DNA from: Minutocellus sp. GHC0000111
Lineage: Eukaryota
DNA: 64,000 nt
NCBI GenBank assembly: GCA_977018835.1
Contig: OZ361258.1
Span: forward strand, 744,001-808,000
Reading direction: 5' to 3'
The position numbers and the translations under genes were made by a program. The notes below the pieces were generated by a model. It made no database searches, was not told the DNA's origin, and saw nothing but the letters and a program-made list of their open reading frames with translations. Below are positions 55,933 through 64,000 of this stretch, piece by piece (within the stretch, counting starts at the first letter, position 1; each line of letters starts with the position of its first letter).

Positions 55933-58329
55933 ATGGCGGACCAGCACCACCGCCTTATCTTCACAGTCAGTGGTGGCTTGGAGGGATTGGCGGAGGCCGA
56001 AGTTCGATGTCTCCTTTCAAAGGCTGCTGCTGATGCTGTAGTTGGATGGAAACGACGGGGCAATTCCGGCTCTCAGCTTGAGGTGTGCTTTCTTCCCTCT
56101 TCGCAGCCGGATGATAGTAATGCAGATGATCTCGCCGACTTTGTGTCGGCGGCAATGTCCAGCCTCCGCTACGTTGAGTATGCCTACTTGGAGGCTATGT
56201 CGACGAGTGTTGATCACGATGGCGGTGACCTCCCTGACCCATTGCAACGCATACAGCAAGCAGTGACCTCGGGAGTATGCCTGCAAAGGCTCAATGAAAC
56301 ACTCAGAATAGGCCGTGATTGTCAGAATAGTCTCGGAGAAAAGGATGTAGGTTTGGAGAAACTTCCGGGAATATTGCTTCCCACTCCAAATTGTACGGTC
56401 GATGGCAGTGCTGGATCGAAGTATCCTACTCCTTCATCTGACCGAGGTTTTGTAGTCAACACCATCTACACAAAAGACGAGGTTGCCAAGGTCGTTGTAG
56501 AGGGATTTATCAAGCTAGTCCGTGATAATTTTGGCAAGAGCAATGATAACATGCTGTTCGTTGATGCAGGTACTGGCTCTGGTGCTCTCTTACGCCATTT
56601 GCCTTGTGAGTTTTCCATCGGTGTGGACACTCATCCCAATTGCAACGATTTGCAGAAGAATATCCTCAAGGCTGATTTCTTGAAATTGACAAATGAGAAG
56701 CTGAACAAATTTGCAGCCAGTTGCGGAAGTCAGTACACTGAAATTTCGCGACTTTGTTTGATATCCAATCCGCCATTTTCAGAGCGTTCGCGAGGAGATT
56801 ACAGTGCCATCGTTCGTTTCATCAACAAGGCAGTTGACCTTGGAGCGCTTTGTATCGGGGTGATAGTGCCGACCAAATTTGCAAGGGAGCGAGTATGGGC
56901 TTCACTTGGGATGGATAAGCGAGTTAGACTCCTAGCTCGATTCCTTCTCCCAAACAATTCCTTCTTTGATCCTGCCGATGGAACGAGCAAGAATATTTCA
57001 TCAATTTTCCTATTTTTTGGAATACGACATGACAAAAGCAATGTGCACATCACTACCAATCCACCTCTGAAAGCAAACGCCAGTGAAGCGATCCCTGGTA
57101 CAATTCATGTTGTAAGCAAGCGAGACAAGCGAATGTTCCCGGACATGACAACCGCTGATTTATCTGCCTCGATTGCCCGTGGACTAGAAGACGCTGGGGC
57201 AATGTTGGCATCTTCAGACGTTGCCGAATTTTCTTTATCGGCTGAAAGCAAATCTGCTGCTGAAGGTAGTACTGATTTGGAGCTCAATTTGCTATTGAAT
57301 CCGAAAAAACCGTTATCCCTGACAAATTCAACATCTCGCCTGGTTCCAGAACATAGTTTGGGTTGGATATCAAACAGTTGCAAGCCACCAATTGCGAGAG
57401 CAATGGTCCAACTTGCTTCACAGAGTCTTGATTCGAAGCTAAAATGCGAAGGAAAAGCTGTAAAAAATTGTGGCCTCGCCATTAATGCAATGTCGGGCGA
57501 GGGAACAATTGAAATTGAGGCGCAGGCCCCAGAAGTTGCGAACAACTTTTTTATGATCAGTGGCGACTCAGATGCTTCTGCGGCATTGCATACGAAACGC
57601 CGGCTTGATTCTTTGGCAAAACATTCCGGTAGCGGCGACCGCAAAAAGCGAAGAGTTGACATGGTCGTTTGGGATGCTCAAAGGTTGCCAATGCGTCAAG
57701 GAATTGCAGATGCATATCTTGCAGACTTGCCCTTCGGCGGAAGCAAGAAAAAAACTCACCAGGCTCCTTGCTCTTCGGGAGATGCCGTCAATGTTTCCCT
57801 GGACTACAAACGAGTGATGGGCCAGGCAGTGACGGCACTAAAGCCAGGCGGCCGGGCCGTATTACTAAGTGCTGATGTGAAGGCAATGAGTTTTGCGGGT
57901 CGATCTTTCAACTGGTCCGAAGTGTGGCAAAGCAGTTCTGTGAACGTTGGAGGTTTATCCTCCAAAATGGCTGTAATGGAGAGGGGCACTTTATGTTATA
58001 AAGATCTGAGTACTTATGTGAAGAAAGATTGTGAAAATTTGAGTGAGAGCCTGCTAAAGATTGCCCAAGATGCGTGCGCGCAGTTTTACCTTGACGATCG
58101 GCTCGAACTACAAGATGTGACAAAAAAAAAAGAGATTGGATTCAACAAGAGTGGGAGCCCAATTTTACGTGTTGAGTTGTTCGACATCTACGTCGGCAAG
58201 GATGGCAGAAAGTCAAACGGATATCGCTTCTTCTTTGACGATCGGATTACCAATTCTGGAGCGAAACAACTTTACAAGATCATTTATGCGGCCGTGAAGC
58301 AGTCGCCACCAGATGGAATGGTGCTGTAG
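55933..58329 (+). CDS. Multidomain methyltransferase: NPPF-type MTase + Trm14/THUMPD-like MTase + FDX-ACB-like tail
   Basis: N-terminal TVSGGLEGLAEAEV; first MTase IYTKDEVA, VDAGTGSG, KADFL, ISNPPF; second MTase NAMSGEGTI, WDAQRLP, ADLPFG; tail VELFDIYVGKDGRKSNGYRF. Confidence 0.8.
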   Translation: MADQHHRLIFTVSGGLEGLAEAEVRCLLSKAAADAVVGWKRRGNSGSQLEVCFLPSSQPDDSNADDLADFVSAAMSSLRYVEYAYLEAMSTSVDHDGGDLPDPLQRIQQAVTSGVCLQRLNETLRIGRDCQNSLGEKDVGLEKLPGILLPTPNCTVDGSAGSKYPTPSSDRGFVVNTIYTKDEVAKVVVEGFIKLVRDNFGKSNDNMLFVDAGTGSGALLRHLPCEFSIGVDTHPNCNDLQKNILKADFLKLTNEKLNKFAASCGSQYTEISRLCLISNPPFSERSRGDYSAIVRFINKAVDLGALCIGVIVPTKFARERVWASLGMDKRVRLLARFLLPNNSFFDPADGTSKNISSIFLFFGIRHDKSNVHITTNPPLKANASEAIPGTIHVVSKRDKRMFPDMTTADLSASIARGLEDAGAMLASSDVAEFSLSAESKSAAEGSTDLELNLLLNPKKPLSLTNSTSRLVPEHSLGWISNSCKPPIARAMVQLASQSLDSKLKCEGKAVKNCGLAINAMSGEGTIEIEAQAPEVANNFFMISGDSDASAALHTKRRLDSLAKHSGSGDRKKRRVDMVVWDAQRLPMRQGIADAYLADLPFGGSKKKTHQAPCSSGDAVNVSLDYKRVMGQAVTALKPGGRAVLLSADVKAMSFAGRSFNWSEVWQSSSVNVGGLSSKMAVMERGTLCYKDLSTYVKKDCENLSESLLKIAQDACAQFYLDDRLELQDVTKKKEIGFNKSGSPILRVELFDIYVGKDGRKSNGYRFFFDDRITNSGAKQLYKIIYAAVKQSPPDGMVL

Positions 58330-58466
58330 GAACGCTGTATAGGCTGCTAGTTCTACGAGGTGACAAGCGAGGATGGGTTTAGAGTTACTTCAATAATAAT
58401 CTCAATTACGTCGTATTGATTTTTTTACTTAGCACTGCTTATCACGGCTACTACATAGGGTTCTTC

Positions 58467-59873
58467 TCACCACATGAATATCCAGCCGAGAACATTGTCG
58501 CATACGCTGCCCTGCCGTCCGGCGGCGAGGGTTCCACTGCCATCGCCGCCACCAGAGCCGCCCAGCAGAATATCCTCCTCGGACAGCAAGGTTTTGGTGG
58601 TCTTGCCGGTGATGAGGGGTCGACCACCGGACATGCGGGGCGGGGCGACACCGCCCTCGGGGCCCGCCAGTCCCAATCTGCGGGCAACGCCGGCATCCAT
58701 CCTCATAACGCCGACGATGAGGAGGGGATCGTTCCGTCCGCCGGCACCTCCTGCGGAGGGATTTCCACCGTGGAGGAATGTGCCGTTCTGGCAGATGGCC
58801 TTCTCGGCTTGGAGGGCCGTCTCGTATCGGAGGCAGATCCAGTTGCTGTTGGTGGAGGAGGAGGATGCAGCAGCAGCAGCAGCGGCGGCTGAATCGGATC
58901 CACCAGTTCCACTCATACCACCGTGATGGGCCAGGATGGTACCGTACGTGCCAAATCGATTCAGGATGGTGTTGAGCTGCGTCGCACTGGTGTATCCGTA
59001 GACGACCACCCACGACGCGTAGGGGTTGGGATTGTACGGTGCAACGTGCGCGGCCGGGACGAGCGATCGTTCGCGCACGGCCGCAACGGCATCCTGTCCG
59101 CTCTTCGTGCCGTTCGTCTGCGTTCCACCGGCGCCGGCAGCGTCACCTCCCATCATGGGCGAAAGGGACAGCAGACTGGCCTTGGGAGGGGCCTTCCTCA
59201 TCCCGCCACCACCCAGCATCGACGACGAAGGCATGACGCCCATGTTCATGCTGTTCATGATGTTGTTATTGCTGTTGATACCGGCATTCTCCTTCTCACC
59301 GACACCTCCTCGACGACGGCGCAGTCCGGCCCCACCGAGGATGCCGGTGCTGTCCTCGGCAAAGGTCACCCGTCCTCCGCTGGCAGCACTGCCGGCACCG
59401 CCGATGCCCGGAGAAAGGAACGAGGCGGGAGAGGCACCGCTCATGCCGCCACCGCCACCGCCGCCGCCTCCTCCTCGCGACAGGCCGGGAGTGACGCCGG
59501 CATTGCGCAGGAGGGGGGTGGCCACTCCAGCAGGTGTCGCACCGGCGGTAGCAGTAGTGCTGGCCGCCGATGCGGGAGGGGAAGTAAATCCACCAGCCGT
59601 ACCGGCCGGGGTGGCGCCAAAGGTCGGACCGGGCGAGGCGAAGGAGAAGCTCACCCCCTTGGTCGCCGTGTTGGTCGCAGCGGCCGCGGTGGGGGTCTGG
59701 ACCGGACCAGGAGTGGTGGCTGGGGCTGGAGCGGCGGCGGCGGCGGATGCGCCGGTGCCAGCGGTCGTCGAGGAGGGAGTTGTGCCGAAGCTGAATCCAC
59801 CGCCACCGCCGGTGCCAGGGGCAGCCGTGGCGCCTGCCGCTGGCATAGGAGAGGCGAAGCTGAACCCGGACAT
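58467..59873 (-). CDS. NUP35: Nucleoporin Nup35/Nup53 (RRM-like domain) with N-terminal FG-like repeats
   Basis: WVVVYGY...FGTYGTI...NWICLRYETALQAEKAICQNG, a C-terminal amphipathic VLGWIFMW, and FSFG/FSFA repeats. Confidence 0.88.
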   Translation of the reverse strand: MSGFSFASPMPAAGATAAPGTGGGGGFSFGTTPSSTTAGTGASAAAAAPAPATTPGPVQTPTAAAATNTATKGVSFSFASPGPTFGATPAGTAGGFTSPPASAASTTATAGATPAGVATPLLRNAGVTPGLSRGGGGGGGGGGMSGASPASFLSPGIGGAGSAASGGRVTFAEDSTGILGGAGLRRRRGGVGEKENAGINSNNNIMNSMNMGVMPSSSMLGGGGMRKAPPKASLLSLSPMMGGDAAGAGGTQTNGTKSGQDAVAAVRERSLVPAAHVAPYNPNPYASWVVVYGYTSATQLNTILNRFGTYGTILAHHGGMSGTGGSDSAAAAAAAASSSSTNSNWICLRYETALQAEKAICQNGTFLHGGNPSAGGAGGRNDPLLIVGVMRMDAGVARRLGLAGPEGGVAPPRMSGGRPLITGKTTKTLLSEEDILLGGSGGGDGSGTLAAGRQGSVCDNVLGWIFMW

Positions 59874-60248
59874 TGTTTCTTGGCGCCGGCGCTTGAGCCA
59901 GTCAGCGGGGTGGGGCAAGCAGGCACGAAAAGTAACAACGGCGGCGATCGCTCAAAAATCCATGGTTGCTGGTTGCTGCGAAGTGCTCGCGATGCGATGG
60001 CCGAAAAAATGACACGTCATTACGACGTAGTAAAGAAAGTTCCTGGCTGACCGCCGAAAAATCTAGCGAACAGCAAGATGATGGCATTTTCGCTTTGGTT
60101 CGACCGCTCGCTCGAGCTTCTGCCTTCACGCCGGAGTCGAGTCGAGTCCCATCCGCGACGAGAGCATACAGGAGAAGGCGGGCTTTGTCTACATTACTTC
60201 TGACATTCACGTCTTCGATCATCCCCCGCCCGAAAAGTTCAACGGACC

Positions 60249-62449
60249 ATGACTCCCGAACCCAAAGATACGCTGGCGGCTTCCGATGCCGACGCCGTCA
60301 AGGGCGGCAAGGCGCGCAATCCACCTCCGCCGCCTCAAGATGCCACGCCTGCCACCACTGACAACAACTGTCATCATCAACAGCCTCATCTGCATCATCA
60401 GGTCCTCGATCCGCTCATCCTGTCGTACCTGCCCACCTCGATCGTCGGTTCCGTCCTGCCCCACATGTCCAAAAACTTTGCCGCCGATTCCGGCCGCAAT
60501 GCCTACTGGCGGCCCATCTTCGAGAAGCACTTTCGAGGTTCGGCAGCCCATCGCTGTCTGGTACAGCTGGAAGAGGAACGGCAGGATGCAATCAAGGCAA
60601 AGAGTGGCAGTTTCATCAGTGACGACAGGGCCAGCAAGCGGCAGAAGCTTGAAGATCAGGATGAGAATGTCAATGATGAAGAGGAGGAAAAGAAGCCCGT
60701 CACGAAGGAGTCCAAGATGGGGTTCGATATTGACGGGCACCAGTGGAAAACGGCCTTTCGCATCGTCCATTCAGCGGTTCACGAGGTCAAGACCGGCGGT
60801 AACCAGAACGAGGGCGGCCTTCCACCAGCCATGCTGAGGACTGGAAATCTCACCAAAGCCGAACTGGACAAACTCCAGGTCGATCTCAAGAGTGACTTGA
60901 GAGGAGAACAAGTCCACAGGGCCGAGGAAATCATGAAGAATGATGATGGGTTTGGCGAAGACCGTTGGCATAATTTCGATGTTGCGAAGCTTGGAGTAAA
61001 GACGCAGAGAATGCTGCAGGACTTTGTTGCCAGGGTAAGTCAAACAAGAACGATTTTTAATCATCTTCGATTGTGGCGAGTCGGTCCTTGATTGTGTGTT
61101 GATATTATTTGGCTACTAATGCTTTCTCTCTCTTACATTTTATCTCTGTGTTCATTAATCACACGGCACAGTCCAACGCATCGTTGCCTCCTTGTTCCGA
61201 GCTTCCCGTGGATCTCTGTACTAAAGAACACCCCAACCTCTTTCTCGATGAAACACTGTTCAAAGTAATCGGGTCGGAGTTGATTGCCATCGCCAAGACG
61301 AAGCAGGTGGACTACGACGAGCACTTTGCCCCATACGGTGAGCTGGTCGCCCTCGATCTTGAGACTGGCTCGGTGACGCGCCGCATCTCCCTGGAGGATA
61401 CTGGGGTCTCGTGCTATCATTCTCCCTACTCATTTGCAATCGATGCCGAGTGGATTGTTGTGGCTGAGAGGGGCCCAGGTGGCAAGGGCCAACTCGTCGT
61501 TTTGAATGCCAAGACTTTTGACATTCTCCATCGACTTTCCCCTCCTCTTGGTCTGGTTGTTGATAAAAGAGGTTCTTTCTTCAATATTATCCTCACTGAC
61601 GATGCTATCATTGCTTCCTACGGCTCGTTGGAGAATAATGATGATAATGGCGAGGGGGAATATGCCATCTTTTGGGATAGGAAGACGTGTGAAGCAAAAT
61701 CACACTTTCGTATCTGCAACAAGAACGACCTCGAGCACCATGAGATAGCCGTCATCGGTGGAAAGCTCGGAATCCTTCTCAACGTATCCGAAAACGCATC
61801 CAATGTTCTCGCAGAGGGGCATTATCTTCAACTTCTCGACCTTCCAAGTATGAGCCAAGTAACAACTCGTGAGTTGGTGAGCGGGGATAATTGCCTTTCA
61901 TCCTTCTTTGGGTCGGGAGGATCTATGATTCTCACCCTACACGAGGAAAAGGGCATAACCATGCTGCATAGTGTCAATGATGCCGGCGTGCCTATTCGTT
62001 GCTCGGTAGACATCTTTGGCTACCAGAAACTTTCTGGAGACATTACTCGAGCTACCGGTAGTCATAATCTCTTGCTCATTAATGTTTCTGATGAGGGCAA
62101 TGAAGACCTGCGCTTTGGTTCCAACGAGCTTGATCTGTACACTATCAATCCGAACGCAAGTGGCGGTATTTCGTGCACTCGACTGTTCTTTTCCTACTCC
62201 GAAACACCTCTTGGGATCACGGCCAGCCCGTGGTCGGTTGTGGCAGGATGCGGAGGAAAGCAAAAGACGCTGGGCGAATTACTAGACGAGGCCGGAGGTG
62301 GCATGAGAATTGAGGAGCTCTATGAAGAGCGCGCCTTTGGCACTTGGAAGGATATTTGTAAGCTGCGAGTCTGGGACTTTACAAAGGGTGCAGTTCCTCT
62401 CCTTTATGATGCGTTTGCAGGCAATCTTGGTAGCGCCTCGACTGACTGA
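60249..62449 (+). CDS. F-box-like + ET(NET)-like + beta-propeller-like protein, 2 exons (60249-61034, 61172-62449)
   Basis: LDPLILSYLP...AYWRPIFEKHF (F-box-like); LTKAELDKL...FDVAKLGVKTQRMLQDFV (ET-like); beta-rich C-terminus ending LRVWDF. Phase-0 GTAAGT...CAG intron. Confidence 0.65.
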
Positions 62450-63062
62450 AGTAAGTTATTGGCTCGGTCTGAGCTTAGTTTGAGTAGAGTGATATAAACA
62501 TGATGGAAACCCGCTGAGTCGAAGGGTCAAACCTTCAAACCTTCGGAATTCGGATTCACCATCAACCATGTTGATTTGATTTGAAGACAATCACGTTCGA
62601 TGTGTGCATTGTTATTTATATTCGAGAGAAGACAGAAGAAGAAAAGATGTGAAAGTATGGTTGATAAACGAAGAAATGAAGTGAGATGAGATTACCGGCG
62701 TTATCATCTGAATTGCGGCAGTTGATGCGCTACATACGTAGGTTCTGTCGCTAAAGTAAGTAGAAAATAGATATGAGGTATGTTCTATCTATTCACAGTT
62801 ATGGTTTTTCTATCTACAATATCGGCAACATTGAAAGAACACTATCTCCCTACTTCTCCCCTCGGTGATGATTGCCTCCTCGTTTCTTCTGGGTCGTCTC
62901 TTCTCTCGTTGTAGATTTAGACTGGCTGTTTTTTGGATCCCCTGGTGAATTCCCAGAGAGGAGGAGGCTTGCTTGACGGATTTGTACAAATAGGATGCGG
63001 CGGTGGAGTGAATATCGAGTGATTTCTTGGTGGTTGCGGAAACGGCAAATCATCGGAATATA

Positions 63063-63816
63063 TATGTTAGTCCCAAAATGCGCACTGTCCCAGTTCGCGA
63101 ACTGGGATCCCAGTTTGCGAACTGAGATTCATTTATCCCAGTTTGCGCACTGGGCCCCAGTTCCCAAACTAGGATCTCAGTTTGCGCACTGATACTACCA
63201 GAATGGAAACTGAGATAAACACGCCAATCCGAATTTGGGAACCAGTCGAGTTCGCGAACTGGAACAAAAATGAATACCAGTTTGGAAACTGGCATTCTCG
63301 GCAAGTATCAGAATGGTAACTGCCGGTGTTGGCTCATGCACAATGATTATGTACTGGTAGATCTATCTACAATACAAGTTGCACTGTGCATCATATCTTG
63401 AATTTGCAAGCTACATGTACTGGTACAGTAGCAACATGATGCCGGCATAGCACAGATGCATGTACAGTTCATGACTTATATTTGCCAGAAGCAGCTAGCT
63501 AGATATTATTATTTATTCACTATATGTATTTAGTATCAGCTAATGCCAATTTATTGAGTATCAGCTCCGGCACTAATGTCGTCTGGACGTCTGGACCAGG
63601 TTTGGGCTGTGTTGCTTCACTATGAAAAAATGAAGCGAGGAGAAGCAAAGGCGATATCATCCATGCTAAATATTCATTATTTCTCAATTGATCCCAGTTT
63701 GCAAACTGAGATTGTGCCTATGATCCCAGTTTCCAAACTGGGATAAATAAATCCTAGTTCGCAAACTGGGATCCCAGTTCGCAAACTGGGACAGTGCGCA
63801 TTTTGGGACTAACATA
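63063..63816. mobile_element. MITE / non-autonomous DNA transposon with ~90-bp TIRs and TA flanks
   Basis: TATGTTAGTCCCAAAATGCGCACTGTCCCAGTT... occurs inverted at both ends, with TA at 63061-62 and 63817-18. Subterminal CCCAGTTTGCGAACTGGG-type palindromes; AT-rich non-coding interior. Confidence 0.9.
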
Positions 63817-64000
63817 TACAAAAAATTTGACGAGTGGATATGATCAGGCCGTCCCCATGTGAGTTGCGAGTGAGTGGTGACACGGAGTTGTGGATGTGCT
63901 ACACAAATACCCAACCTACGACGAGCTCTTGTCGGCGGTGAGGAGCCACATACCAACGTGTCCAGGGACGATCGTCTGGTAGGTGTAGTCGACAAAGCCG

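Noticed and set aside
63061..63300. CRISPR or structured ncRNA made of palindromic repeats
   Set aside because: The repeats are mirrored at 63690-63818 as terminal inverted repeats, which a MITE explains.
1..64000. tRNA or rRNA genes
   Set aside because: None recognised by eye. A covariance-model scan would be needed to exclude them.

Overview
Gene-dense eukaryotic DNA, almost certainly from a diatom. The evidence is GT-AG introns, several bipartite signal-peptide + ASAF-type plastid presequences, a silacidin-like precursor and Ambal-type RT motifs. About 30 host genes are supported, including HDAC, fasciclin, GCP4, a SAP-domain AP endonuclease, a spliced MND1 that the ORF track misses, phosducin-like, DHHC, MORN, HSF, a sulfotransferase, a mitochondrial carrier and NUP35. 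Three mobile elements are present: a full-length 8.5 kb tyrosine-recombinase (DIRS-type) retrotransposon (47319-55844), a decayed non-LTR RT fragment (~34380-35560) and a MITE (63063-63816). The most striking signal is that both retroelements are inactivated by the same directional mutation pattern: TpA->TpG/CpA (A:T->G:C, the reverse direction of fungal RIP) plus 2-4 nt tandem micro-duplications. It is visible both in conserved Tyr residues turned to His/Cys and in direct comparisons of the element's own repeat copies, which suggests a transposon-targeted hypermutation process. Other highlights are an RKL-punctuated acidic silacidin-like polyprotein, a four-gene orphan cluster whose products all end in -KAA, a double-methyltransferase + anticodon-binding-domain fusion, and a dense TGACG (bZIP) site cluster. 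All family assignments come from motif recognition by eye, with no database searches, and all counts are hand counts.
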